The notes: generated from the letters alone by a model not told the origin. A stretch of DNA of 64,000 bases from Lobosporangium transversale (GCF_002105155.1 NW_019029012.1:1-64000), one strand, 5' to 3'; positions 12,447-24,839 are shown, numbered from the stretch's first letter. Numbers and translations are program-made.

Positions 12447-13467
12447 TATCTTTTTCTCCCCACGTTATTTGCACAGGGGTCCTTTTATGGACATGTCGAT
12501 GCCGATATTGATATACTTGAAACACGCCAAGCCCTCAGGAAATATGTATTTTTTTAAATTTGAATCCAGTCGTGGTAAATATGTGCTAGTTACATTGCAA
12601 GAAAAAAAAGGTCTCCTTTAGGGAAAGCCGGCTAGGTCGCGAAAAATAGCAACTATCGGATATTCAAAGCTCATTTTCTCAAGAAGTACTGCATAAAGAA
12701 TTGAAAATGGGATCCATATCGTAGCGATAGCCTAGGCGAGTGATCTCTGGTTTGGTTAGGCTCTGCTTCTCAAGATTCTGGCGCAATAACTCATACAGTC
12801 ATCAAAAATGACATGATTTTGCTTTTTCCGTGGTTATAATAATTTATACAGTATTGTTCTATGGATCCTGAATAGATTCTTTTAAGAGCTATTTTAAATC
12901 AAAGATAGGAAGTTCCATTTGTTGCTCACTTTAACAGCGGCCATTCATGCTTAAAATCAGCTTTATCACGATTTTTGGTATAGTCTCGATTAACACTGAA
13001 CGGACCGTTATATCTAGCGTCATCTTTTGTACATTGATATTGTAGCACGTAGTAAGCACTTGGTTCTCGAAGGAAGAAACAACAGTTTACAATGTGCCGT
13101 CCATTGACACCTTTACTGAAGACAACCCTGTGTTGATGAGAAGCGCAGGAGCTCCTGTTGAGCTTATTGGCATCCAACAAAAAAAAAGTTTCACTGCTGT
13201 AGGTCAATGTAGCTTTTTGATTGTGACATTCAGCTAGCTACAATCCAGTGGCAACAATGGCTAGAAACTCATCAACGTATTTATGCGACTGCAATGCTTC
13301 CAAGTTTATATATAGAGGAAGCTCACCAATTAAAAAAATTAAAGGCAGACTTTTACAAAGACTGAAATAAATCCTGGTAGTGCAAGCAAGACGTGAGCGG
13401 GGCCATGTAAACATCTTTTTACATGTACTTTTATTTTAATGCTTTAAAGCTAGTGCAACTATCGTCG

Positions 13468-14324
13468 TTACTGTCTAGTTTTCTGAAGTAACAGTTGCTT
13501 GAGCTCCTGCATGTGTATTTCTTGCTTCGCCTGTATCTCCTGTATATGGGCTTCGTGCTTCGCCTGCAGTTCTTGCATGTGGGCCTCTTGTTTCGCCTGC
13601 TGCTCCCACAGCTGGTTCTGCAATTCCTTTACACGTATACCGACATTAGTGATGATTTTATTTCCTATTTCCATACCAAGGACAGCATCTAATTTTTTTT
13701 TTTTCTTTTTTTTTTGATAAGCTTCTTTCTTTTCTTCAGTTGCTGCGAAGTAGATTTCCCTGGGGAAATAATTGTACGCCTCACGATAACCTGGAATATG
13801 ATATGACATATTTTCAGCCGCCACAATGTGTCGTAGGCGTGATTGAAACCATTCCGATCGCCATCCGCTATCATCATTTGTGAATGCCTCGCTGATGAGT
13901 GCTGTGCAGCGGTGGGACGTGCAGAATTATGAGCAACCGTTGAAGGGTTGCTGTCGCTCATGAGTAAAATTGTTTCCATTGTATTAGATCGGGATGGAAT
14001 ATACCGTGGAGCTGCATTATTAGATGAGGAATGTGAAGATAATTTGTTTGCACTCGATGCTGGCATTAATGGGAGATAGGATGCTCTTTAATTTCATGGT
14101 GAGACTGTTGTCGCTGCTACTAGTTGTCGCTGTAGAGGTAACAGTGGGCCTTCGAGGAGTGTACAGGTGATAATCCTGAATAGGCGAAGACTGGACAGCA
14201 GGCACGATTGTGCGCAGTGGTTATGTGTTGCCAGAAGAAGGATGCTTACAAGTAGTTGTAATAGAAATATTGCTTGCAGTAGAGGCATTATGGACATAGG
14301 AAGGGCCTTCAGGAATAGATTCAT
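13468..14324 (-). pseudogene. Fragmented lineage-specific gene with a C-terminal coiled coil
   Basis: Successive overlapping ORFs in different frames (14205-14020, 14066-13689, 13824-13468) ending in three 11-aa QAKxEAHxQEL-type repeats. No recognisable family. Confidence 0.3.
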
Positions 14325-15938
14325 CGCTCGGCAATCGACGCGTTCCTAGTCTCGCCAATTCATCATTGAAGCTACTAGCCATAAATGGGGGGGGGGGGTT
14401 ATTTAAGTAAGGAAAATGGCTGATGAAAGAAAAACAGAACTCTAAAACTTGAAATCAAAAGCGAGGGAATAGGAGAAAAGTAAAAGTCAGAAAGATGGAA
14501 GGAAGAGAGCAAAGGAGAGAAGAATTGGAGCCGGGGTTTGGGAAGGGTAAAAAAAGGTTGGTTAAAAGTCTGCTAGGTAAAATATGCTGATCAAAAAAGG
14601 AGGTTGTTGCAAAAAACAGTTGCGCTCCCAACAATCGATCTCCCATCCAATAAATTTGAATTTTGATTTTAGGGCTTGCATTATTTCTATTCCCTGGAAT
14701 TGATCGATCACATTCATTAAACAGGTAACGTCCTGTTGGTTGAAGAAGGAATAACTGGGATGCAATAGAGAGTCTATAGCTAGTTCAAATGGTGCCTTAC
14801 TGCCCATAGGAGTTTTAGCTGGAGGTCATACCGCGTTGCTGAACTTTTTCTCGCTCCTTGAGGGGATTCAAGTTCATTCTTCAACAGACACGGTGCCGCA
14901 CAGGATGCAGATAGAAATAATCTAGTTTTTCTACTAAAAAAAAAAAAAAAAAAAAAAAAGATAGCAAGCAGAAAGGGATTTTTAAGCAATCAATACATTG
15001 CGACATTTCATATGCTCTACATGTTCATGCTCATATCCATGCTCATGTTGATATTGCTGTGAGTAAAATGCTTGTTACCGAAGGCAATTGTTTAGACTTT
15101 GTCCGACATCATGCAAGATGCGTCTTGCACTGAACCTTTTTTTTTTTTTGTCTTTTTTTCCTCACGCTCGCGTAAGCCGGTGTGGCAGCCCTTTGGCCAC
15201 AAAATGTACGTGTTTCAATCCTGTCGTAGAAAAGAAATCAATGCAACCTATGTATTCGCTTACCAATATGCTGTTACGGATCTCGTTCGCTTCTACAATA
15301 TTTGCACTGCACTATTTCGATAGGCCAAGTACCTCTATTGTAAATATTGTAGTAAACTGGCTGAGCACCAACCTCTTTTTTTTTGCTCTTGTTTGATAAC
15401 CAGGCTACCGAGTACTAATGCGTCTGTATTCGACAGCTTCTTGGTATGGCTCTGTAGCGCCACTAGCAGATGTCACGCATCAATAGCATAAAACTCACGA
15501 GTAATCATCGAATATCCACCATCCAGAAATAAACAATCGAAACTGGTGAACTGGTGTCATCATTCATGTCCGACTCTCTTTTAGGTTACAAATTTTAAGT
15601 TACTCCGCCTAAACTCAAAAACGGGTGGCGGTGCAGGCCGACTAAGCGCGAGTGACGGCGAAATTCGGAAGGTGTTAAATAAAGAATGGCACAGCAATCA
15701 TCATTTTATGAGTTTTACATGAGAGACGGATGAACATTAGTGCAGCATTGTTGTTTACAGCTCCCAACATACCACCTTGAATCCTTCACACGTCCTTTAC
15801 ACAGCCTGAGCTCATTCTCCTCTTTTTTATTTTTATTTTTTATTTTTTTTTCTTCTCACGCTTTTATTACGCGCCCGCTTTTTAATTACAAAAAAAAAAA
15901 AAAAAACATACCGATTATCATCATTCAACTTTCAAGGC

Positions 15939-17258
15939 ATGGCCACTAAACGCAAACTCGAACAAGTAGACCTACCAAAGAAAAAACTAATCTGCAGATT
16001 CGAAGTGTGTGGAAGGACATGGGAGGAGCTTCATGGTAAAACGCTGTCAGAGGTCTTGAGGGGTTTTCCTGAATTGACATTGATGGACCTCACGGTTTTT
16101 AGGGCCACTCCCCAGACAGTGGAGTTCCCGGATGGTAAGAAGGTGACGGACGCCATGGTGGCTCACATCAGGGAGTATCATAACTCTGAGCCGGCAACGG
16201 TCGTTCATCCAACTAGGGGAAGGCAGTTGACATTCTACAGAGAACCTGAACACGACATGATGTTTGTGGCTCCCTGCGGTGTAAGGATAAAGCTGAGAAC
16301 GTCTTTGAGTAGGCACTTTGGCGCATGCGATATATGTCTTCAAGCATCGTCTGCGCTTGAAAAGAAGGAGACGGAGATGGAGACGGAGACGGAGACGGAA
16401 GCAAGAAAGGGACAGGAGGCAGGAAAGGGACAGGAGGCAGGAAAGGGACAGGAGGCAGGAGAGGGACAGGAGACAAGAAAGGAAACAGAGAAAGGCAGGG
16501 AAGTAAAGAAAGGAATGGAGATAAAGAAGGACAATGGAGGAAAGGAAGAAGGATCTTCTGTTTTTGTCGTTGATCCAATTCCAGTCCGATTTGCTGGGTT
16601 GAATCTTCCACATGACCCCATCGACTCTTCCAACAACATCATAACTGCTTCCAACGATCCTCTTCCTTTTACATCCACTCGTCCTTTCGGCGCCGCTCAA
16701 CGTACCTTTAGTAGTCAAGAAATTGTAGACACTATTTTACAAAAGACCCAAGAATTGAATGAAGCATATTCTCAAGAACTCAAAGCACTTATGAAAGACC
16801 AAGCAAAGGACCAAGTCGAAGCATCACAAGACATAATAAATCTATACAGCAGATTGAGAAAGACAGTAAAAACACAACTTGAGGCTGTAAAGGACCAAAT
16901 TGTAACTGTAAAGGATCAACTCTTGGCAATAACACTTCAGCAAAGCCAGCAAATGACGTTGATGCAGCAACATATTTCGAAACTAACTCAGCAAAATGAA
17001 CAGATGTTGGCGCTGATCGGCGAAAATCGACAATTGAAAGCTGAATTGACTGTGGTGAAAGAGGAAATGAACGAAAGAATAACCAATATGAGTGATCACC
17101 TTCCGAAGGGAATCTCAAGTCTTTTAAAGCCTAAAGAGATTAAGATTGAGCCACATGAACCAACTCTAGTACCTAATTATCCTCGAGAACATTCGGTATT
17201 TGTAGCAGCTGGGTCAGGTCCAAACTCTGCTATTGACTCCTACGATGCACATGTATAG
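15939..17258 (+). CDS. Hypothetical protein with Cys/His-rich putative Zn-binding N-terminus, (EAGKGQ)n repeat and coiled-coil C-terminus
   Basis: 439-codon ORF containing CRFEVC...HIREYH and PCG...RHFGACDIC, an 18-bp tandem repeat at about 16405-16475, and a heptad-rich C-terminal half. Confidence 0.7.
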   Translation: MATKRKLEQVDLPKKKLICRFEVCGRTWEELHGKTLSEVLRGFPELTLMDLTVFRATPQTVEFPDGKKVTDAMVAHIREYHNSEPATVVHPTRGRQLTFYREPEHDMMFVAPCGVRIKLRTSLSRHFGACDICLQASSALEKKETEMETETETEARKGQEAGKGQEAGKGQEAGEGQETRKETEKGREVKKGMEIKKDNGGKEEGSSVFVVDPIPVRFAGLNLPHDPIDSSNNIITASNDPLPFTSTRPFGAAQRTFSSQEIVDTILQKTQELNEAYSQELKALMKDQAKDQVEASQDIINLYSRLRKTVKTQLEAVKDQIVTVKDQLLAITLQQSQQMTLMQQHISKLTQQNEQMLALIGENRQLKAELTVVKEEMNERITNMSDHLPKGISSLLKPKEIKIEPHEPTLVPNYPREHSVFVAAGSGPNSAIDSYDAHV

Positions 17259-17323
17259 TTCTCCGAGGGGGGAAGGGGTGCCTGACGCGTCCGATGAGCG
17301 CGGCTAATCACTAAAGTATACCG

Positions 17324-17356
<33 letters not shown>

Positions 17357-17988
17357 TGTCTTCGTCCCTTCTGAACCCTCTTCTCTGAATTCTTTACCTT
17401 ATCGACAATGAGCTTTCCAGCGACGATTAAGAGGTAAAGTGGGGACTTCCACACAATAACAAATGGACAAGTCCAACAAGTCTCATCCTTATGAATCAGT
17501 ATATTATTGAATCTATTCAACCTTTTTACTTTTGCAGAACATATTGTATTATAGCATAATCTTTCTATTTTTTAGGAAAAGGAACCAGATCGTTGTTTTA
17601 TCCAATTTGAACTGTTCACTTTTCCTTGCAATAACGATAAATAAGTAAAAAAAAAAGATCCATATCAAAAGTACTTCTCCTTACCTAGTTCATGTATGTG
17701 AATCAAATGTCAATTTCTTTCCGCGTTTTTTTTTTTTTTTTTTTTTTTTTGGGGGGGAAGGAGAAGAAGGGAGCTATATCAGGGGGAAAAAACCCATACT
17801 AGTAGACCTTCAAGCTAAGCGTAAAAAAAAAATTGACAAGATGTCTGTTTATTTGGGTAGAAGACGGATGCCAAGACTCGTAGATTAATTGAATTTGAAT
17901 CACCAATGGGTTATTACAATTAGTGCAATTAGCCACTTGTCTGATCTGATAAAGTCAATGAATCTGCTACAATGACTACTATTATATG

Positions 17989-18182
17989 TATAGCCCGTTT
18001 CATTTGGTCATGATACCTTATATTTTTTGAATACTTTCGAGTGTATTGGCAGCCAATTGGCTCGCTTGTTACGAGTATTGTTGCAAGTCCGTCACGTAGT
18101 GAAATGCCACCAGAACAATTCAATCATCGTTTTTAGATTAAAAATATAAGGTATCATGACCAAATGAAATTGGCGATATATA
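17989..18182. mobile_element. MITE-like foldback element, about 190 bp
   Basis: TTTCATTTGGTCATGATACCTTATATTTTT (17998-18027) is the reverse complement of 18140-18169. The match extends imperfectly into TA-rich ends. Confidence 0.6.
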
Positions 18183-19982
18183 CATGTTTATATAGTTGAT
18201 CTGTCATGGAAAGAAAATTCCAAAGAGCGAATAGGTCCAAAAGGGCGGAGATTTTTTTTTTTTTACTTCACTTTTGTGTGGGTTGTGGAACACGTATATT
18301 GTATGTAGGCTTGTAGGCTTTATTTTTTAAAAGCCAATGGTGACGATGTTCTAGAGCATGGCATTAGAAATAAAAAAAAAAAAAATCGGTTAAATGGAAA
18401 CCCCTTTTTTTTTGTTTGTTTTTGTTTATTCATTGGAGTGACTGAGCATGGATGGTGCATAGAATTAAATCCTTTTTCATAGTTAAAATTCGATATTACT
18501 TAATAGAAGAGAAAGGAAGGAAGCATCTTCATTCACTTCTTTTGAAAAGGACTTTCAGGGTTGATGATTAAAAAAAAAAGAGATAGAGAGAGGAGAAGTG
18601 GTTTTCTGCGTAAAGCTGTAAAAGTCGATCTAAACATGGCATCTACTGTTCGTAGGGATATCAAAGGCAAGTTGACGTGTAGTTTTATTTTTATTCTTAT
18701 TTTTTTTTTGTCTCCGCAGCCATTCATGTTTCAAAGAATTAAGATGGGTAGTGCACAGTGCTTGCTTATTTGCCAGAGTTAAAACATAAAGTAGAAAAGA
18801 GTTCTGAAAAATGAATTGATTGAATATGGTTCATGTAATGTACCCTTTTTCGGCATAATTAAATCCCGGTGTGACAACAGCGCTTTTGCGTTTCACACGA
18901 ACTAACCCAAATATCCTTTTTCGGATTGACTTCGTTAAGGATGATGAGAGGGGGCGAAGAAGAAAAAAAAAAAAAAAAAAAAAGTGTCGTAAAGGAAGCT
19001 TGGCAAATCAAAAAGGAGAGGAAAGATGGGGAGGTAGGGGTGTTAAACATTGGGTAGAATGGTATTGCCGATAAAATGATTGATACCATAAACTGAGCTC
19101 ACTGTAACAACTCAATGGACGCTTCGCAATTCAAACTCACCTTGCTCTTTTTTGGTATGAAGGATCAGCAGTTTCTCCACGGCTAATGTTTACTTGACTT
19201 TGACTTCGCCCTGGAACTTCGGATCGCCATTGACAGGCACATCTTATTACCCACCTCAAGTGGCAACACTATAGAAATTTTGATTTACTTATTTATTTTT
19301 TGTAAAAGAAAGCTTTGTTACAATAAACATTGCGCAGACAATTGACGGGTGATCGAAAAGACAATTGATTTGATGAGGCGTACACCTTCTGCGCTTGTTT
19401 TTATGTTGGATGATGTATGTATACAGCATCTGCGCTTGTTTTTTATGTCCCATAACAAAAAATGACTTTTTTGGCCATGACAACTCTAAATCGCTTAAAG
19501 TACTTCTCTAACATAGATTTTTTGAGTTAGTGAGTGGGTGAGAGCAGGGAGCGGAGGCCAAGCAATGTGTATTTGTGAAGTAAAGAAAACAAAGAACGCC
19601 ACAGATCTGTACCTTTGTACATGTATACTGCGGGCGAGCATTAATGGTTTTTTTTTTTTTTTTTTTTTTTTACTTTGGCGATAAAGAGAAAGCGTAAATT
19701 CATCCTTTGTCCATCGACTGCATCGCAAGTATAAATAATAGCCACAGAACCTCTCACTCCTCAACCTCATCAATCTCATCATCTCACTCTCTTCACCCCT
19801 CGACGACTCTAGTTCCTGCCTTCCTTTCCCCAATAATTCTTTTTCGCTCTACCAATTCTTTATTTCTCTCCATAATTTCACACACAATCTTTTAATTTCT
19901 CTGTCCATACTTTTAACACATTTGACATCGTCACCTAGATCTCTATCGGCAGAGATAGCAAAGTATCTACACACTAACATTA

Positions 19983-20211
19983 ATGACCTCCAAGCTTGAC
20001 TACAAACAGGAGGTGGACGAGCAGGTTCCTGCGTCCGCTTCCACATCCGTAACCATGCCTGTCAATGAAAAGAAGGATGCCTATGACCAAAGTGAAGACA
20101 TCTCTTCCATCGCTACTTCTGAAGCAACCCCTGGCTCTGCGCCAGTGCAACTGTATCACAAGCCTCCCACGAGGCAGTTCGTCTTGATCTTGATTGCGTA
20201 TGTTTGTCTAT

Positions 20212-20255
<44 letters not shown>

Positions 20256-21998
20256 GCTGTTATTGTTTTTTTTCCTGCTAAACGCCCATGTGGATAAAGT
20301 GAGCTCGGGTAAATTACCATTGGAATGGATACCCTCTCCTCATTTGCTCAAAAGTACTAAATTATAAATTACTTTTACATTCATTTTTAGATTATCACTG
20401 TGTGTCTTCCTTGCAAGTCTGGATCAAATCATTGTTTCGACATCCATTCCTGCAATTACCCGTGAATATAACTCTCTCAATGATATTTCATGGCTCGGTA
20501 CTGCTTATATGATGACTTCTACTGCCTTCCAACCATTGTAAGCACTATTTTATTTTATTTTTTACTGTTTGCTCTTTTACTATATGCTATATTACATTAT
20601 CTTGTTCTAACATGATGTTTATTTCATTCCTCGCCTTGTCATGATGACAGATACGGCAAGTTTTCTGATATCTTTGGCCGCAAGACAACTATGCTCTTTG
20701 CAAACATTGTCTTCTTGGTCGGATCTGCGATTTCAGGATGGGCTACATCAATGGCAATGTTGATTATTGGTCGCGGTATTTCAGGAATCGGTGCTGGTGG
20801 ATTGATGGCCATGGTCTTTGTCATTCTTTCTGATATGTTGGATATGCGTGAGCGTGGTAAATACATTGGATTCATTGGTGGAATCTTCTCATTCTCATCC
20901 GTCATTGGTCCATTAATGGGAGGCGCATTTACAGATCATTTGACTTGGCGCTGGTCATTCTGGATCAACTTGCCCGTCGGTGCCATCTCCATTCTCTTTA
21001 TTTTCTTCAACTTGGATCTGCCTACGCCTCCCGGTAGTTTCACAGATAAACTTACTCGCATCGATTATTACGGATCACTCCTGTTGATGGGTGCTGTTAT
21101 CTTGATTCTTTTGCCACTCAGCTGGGGCGGTAACGAGTATGAATGGAGCTCTGGCATCATCATTGGGATGCTTGTCGCTGGATTTGTTGTCGCGGGTATT
21201 TTCATCATCGTTGAATGGAAAGTTCCAAAGGAGCCCATTGTACCCATTCATTTGTTCAAGCTCCGAAACCTTTGGTCGACCTACAGCTCTGTCTTCTTCA
21301 GCGGCATGTCGTTCTTTGGTATTCTTTTCTACTTACCTGTGTATTTCCAAGTTGTCAAGAATGAGTCTGCGACGGTCGGAGGACTTGAAACTGTCCCATT
21401 CGCCATTGGTATTGTCCTCACTTCCATTTCATCTGGTATCTGGGTCCTCAAGCGAGGCACATACGCCTTTTTCCCAGCTGTTGGCGGCATTATCTTCCTT
21501 GCTGGTTCAGCACTCTGCCTTCTCTTTGAGAAGGACACGCCTCGTGTTGCTCACGTCTTTATCTTGTTCATTTGCGGTATGGGTATGGGTTTGAGTATGC
21601 AGGCATGCACCTTGGCTGTCCAAGCAGCTGTGAAGCCCAAATACATGGCTACAGTGACGACCTGTATCCAGTTTATGCGTACATTGGGCCAAGTTTTCGG
21701 TGTAGCCATTGTGGGTTCCGTCTTTAACAACAAGTTGCATGAGAAGTTATTGAACGCATTCAATGGTGACAAGACGGTCTTGAGAGTGACTCTGGACTAC
21801 AGCCAAATTTACACTTACACCAATGACAAGATTGATCTCATCTTTGAAAGCTTTATTAGTGCTCTTCACTATGTCTATTATTGTTGTATTGCATTCTGTG
21901 TGTTGGCTTTCGTCATGGCCTGCTTTATCCAGCATAAGGAGCTCAAGACTAATGCAAACCAGAAGCCTCAAGTCGAGATGACAGTTGAGATGGCTTAA
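19983..21998 (+). CDS. MFS multidrug transporter, DHA2 (14-TM) family; 3 exons
   Basis: FLASLDQIIVSTSIP, YGKFSDIFGRK, GRGISGIGAGG, GPLMGGAFTDHLTWRWSFWINLP and RIDYYG motifs. GT-AG introns at about 20198-20390 and 20538-20650. Confidence 0.93.
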
Positions 21999-22545
21999 AA
22001 AAAAAAAAAAAAAAAAAACAAACAAACATCAATTATATCTATAATTTACCCAGCATTCTTTTTCAAAGCATTTTTTAATTATCCTATTAGTTACAAATAG
22101 TATCATTTAGATAGTTTGTCATAGTCACCATAGTATTAAAGCAATACCGCTGCATCAAACTTCAATCTGAATTGGCAACAATATAACGAGGCACAATATA
22201 ACACAACATAATCCAGTAATGGAGGTTTTTTAAGTAAAGGGAACCAGTAGAAGTGGAAAATAAATAAAGATTAAGAAGCTTCTCATCTTCGCGTAATTAA
22301 TTCCATGCAATATGGTTCTCTCTGCAGACTTCTTGCGTGCCTGGTTAATAATGGTCTACTGAATGGTCTACGAAGGACGACCTATTCACATTGTCATAGG
22401 TACCATGGACGTATGTGTGTGTCACCTTTCTTCATTGAAAATCCGACGAGAAATAAAGAAAAATAAACTAAATAAAAAGATCCCTCTGCCCTGCAACTCT
22501 GATCTACATCTACTTCTCGAGCCAAAAAGGGGTGGTGTGGGTGGG

Positions 22546-22637
22546 ACATACGTCCATGGTACCTATGACAATGTGAATAGGTCGTCCTTCGTAGACCATT
22601 CAGTAGACCATTGTCTACGGTACCATGTCCGTATGTG
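22546..22637. repeat. DIRS internal complementary region (ICR)
   Basis: 22546-22612 is the reverse complement of the left terminus 22350-22416. 22610-22637 is the reverse complement of the right terminus 26634-26661. The two halves join at ATT. Confidence 0.95.
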
Positions 22638-22727
22638 GCTCCAGAGGGATCGCCAAAGAGAACTAAACTAAAACAAAACTAAAACTAAAAGAAAACTGAA
22701 CGAAATGAACAACTAACTAAAGAAAAT

Positions 22728-24839
22728 CTAGCCTAGAGTGCTCATGGACATGTTGTTGGAGGTGGCACTCGACAAACGGTAGTGCTTCTCGAAGACTTTC
22801 GGGGACGACCAATTCCCCTGCACCATGATATCAGCCACTGGTACGCCTGCTATAGCCGCGAGCGTAGAACCTAAGGCTCGGAGCTTAGGAGCTTTCTTGT
22901 CTCCTAAATCCATCAGCGAAGAAATCCTACTCATGTGGGAGCCAATAGTAGTCGCACGCGCCGGCTGGGTGTGGTCTTTCACAAATCTAATCAAAGGTAC
23001 AATGCTTCTTGTTGGGTCCTTCGGATGAGGAGAGGTAGTGGAAGGACAAGACAGCCTGTCCAGGTAAGCGGTGTATGCGTCGACAGGGCATAGCTTCTTG
23101 TCAAAGTGAGAACCAATGGTCACATGCTTAATGATACGTTGCCCATCACTCTTCTCTTTTGGGAAAACAACAACAAGCTGAAGCTTCCCTAACACAATCT
23201 TGGAGAGACTGACATCTACACATCTGATGTCGTCTGGTCTCATGAAGCCACAGACGCCTAAGAGCCAACACAGCTTCCATGTAAGCTCCTCAAAAGGCAA
23301 CTCCATATTTGCTGATGACTGCCGAAAATGGTCCAAAACAGGTGTGATGTCAAAGTGACCAGACCTGGACTCAACGACACCTTCTTGCTTTCCAGCCTTG
23401 AGGAACTGGCGGTAGTATTCATCTGATCGTACTCTCTCTGGGTCACGAAATAGGGCGAGGACAGCCGACTTCATGGTCATCAGCGTGGACCACTTCAAAT
23501 TGCGAGCGACCCGCACGTAGTGTAGCCAGTTCACTACTGGGATCGCGGGGTTAATCCCTTGTTCGAACGAGCCCTCTTTCAGCCAAGTGACGAATTCAGC
23601 TTGATGCTTTTCGTACTCTCGCTTGGTGCTCTTGGATCCTTTGTGAGCACAGATAAACTCAGTCACCGCTGGCGAGAGGCCATCTATGAGCATCCTCGTC
23701 CTCTTACTCTCCACGCGGTAAGGCCCCAGTGTGGATTCTTGAGCAGGATGTGCGCGTCGCTTCCTGGTGGAGGGAGAACACATGTTCGTGGAATCGGTAA
23801 AGGGGGTTGGGTCGCCATTGCCTGTATCTTCGGGAACCAAATCGCCGATGGCCAAAATGGAGTAATTATGGTCGCTTCCAGGCCTTCCTGGTCTAGCTTC
23901 TGCAGGATCCTTGGAAGTAAGTTCCATGGAGGACAGATGTAAAGGTTGCCCAAGTGGCTCCACTTGTGTCTCAGCGCATCGAAGTCCACTGCCAAAGGAT
24001 GAGGTTTCCATGTCATGAACTGAGGAAGCTGGTTGTTGCTGGGCGATGCAAAGAGGTCTATCCGATGAGGCCCCCACTGCTGGTCTAGACGACGGAAAAA
24101 TGACGGGTCCAGCCTCCATTCGAGCTGCGCTTGCATCCGGCGTGATGGTGCATCTGCTGGATTGAATACTGAAGGTACATATGTGGTCCTGAGTCTTGTG
24201 CCTGTTGCTAGACAATGCTTCCATATTTTGTCCGCCAGGTCCATCAGAGGTTGTGAACGAGTTCCGCCGAACCGGTTGATGTAAGCGATGGTGGTTGTGT
24301 TGTCGATTACTAGGTTGAGCATCCTCCCTTGTGTTTGCGGTAGAGTGACTGCGTAGTACACGGTTAGTAACTCTTTTAAATTGATGTGTTGGTGGCGTAT
24401 GTTTGGTGGCCATAGCCCTGTCCAAGTGCGCTGCCCTATGACGATCCCCCAGCCTTGGTCGGAGGCGTCTGTGTACACGTCCATCTGAGTTGGCGACTGA
24501 ATCCATGACGTCCCGTTCCACTCCTTGAGTTGGTGTGTCCACCAATCCAGATCGGCTCGAGCTCTGTCGTCCAGTGAGATCGTCGCTTCCCAAGATGACC
24601 CCTGATGGCTGAGCGCTCTGTTCTTCAATGCCAGAAGATGCCGCGTCATTAGACGAGCTGGAAATACTGCTGCTGTCGTCGCCATGGCTTTCCCTATGAA
24701 CGTAGCCAAGTTGCGAACCGTCGTCCATCCCTTGCTGAGCATCTTCGCTGCTTCTCGCCGTATGTCCCTGACCTTGGACTTCGGTACCGAGAGGGTCATG
24801 TCGGTGGTGTTGATGGTGAAACCCAGATGATCTAGACAT
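22728..24839 (-). CDS. DIRS ORF3: tyrosine recombinase (domain in the C-terminal ~300 aa; the N-terminal part overlaps pol)
   Basis: WLLGVCGFMRPDD (R), PKEK (K), LCPVDAY, APKLRALGST, GNWSS..VFEKHY (W, Y) catalytic layout. Confidence 0.9.
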   Translation of the reverse strand: MSRSSGFHHQHHRHDPLGTEVQGQGHTARSSEDAQQGMDDGSQLGYVHRESHGDDSSSISSSSNDAASSGIEEQSAQPSGVILGSDDLTGRQSSSRSGLVDTPTQGVERDVMDSVANSDGRVHRRLRPRLGDRHRAAHLDRAMATKHTPPTHQFKRVTNRVLRSHSTANTREDAQPSNRQHNHHRLHQPVRRNSFTTSDGPGGQNMEALSSNRHKTQDHICTFSIQSSRCTITPDASAARMEAGPVIFPSSRPAVGASSDRPLCIAQQQPASSVHDMETSSFGSGLRCAETQVEPLGQPLHLSSMELTSKDPAEARPGRPGSDHNYSILAIGDLVPEDTGNGDPTPFTDSTNMCSPSTRKRRAHPAQESTLGPYRVESKRTRMLIDGLSPAVTEFICAHKGSKSTKREYEKHQAEFVTWLKEGSFEQGINPAIPVVNWLHYVRVARNLKWSTLMTMKSAVLALFRDPERVRSDEYYRQFLKAGKQEGVVESRSGHFDITPVLDHFRQSSANMELPFEELTWKLCWLLGVCGFMRPDDIRCVDVSLSKIVLGKLQLVVVFPKEKSDGQRIIKHVTIGSHFDKKLCPVDAYTAYLDRLSCPSTTSPHPKDPTRSIVPLIRFVKDHTQPARATTIGSHMSRISSLMDLGDKKAPKLRALGSTLAAIAGVPVADIMVQGNWSSPKVFEKHYRLSSATSNNMSMSTLG

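Noticed and set aside
20211..20262. (GTT)n tract giving a poly-Val extension of MFS exon 1
   Set aside because: The tract lies within the first intron; an ordinary microsatellite.
21996..22020. Poly(A) run fused to the stop codon of the MFS gene (and likewise the protease at 29081-29107), suggesting retrocopies
   Set aside because: Both genes retain introns, and A/T homopolymers of this length occur throughout the window.
22363..22671. 102-aa ORF resembling the N-terminal extension of the 26784 ORF
   Set aside because: Translation of the DIRS inverted terminal repeat, not a gene. The gag start is placed at 26484, inside the element.
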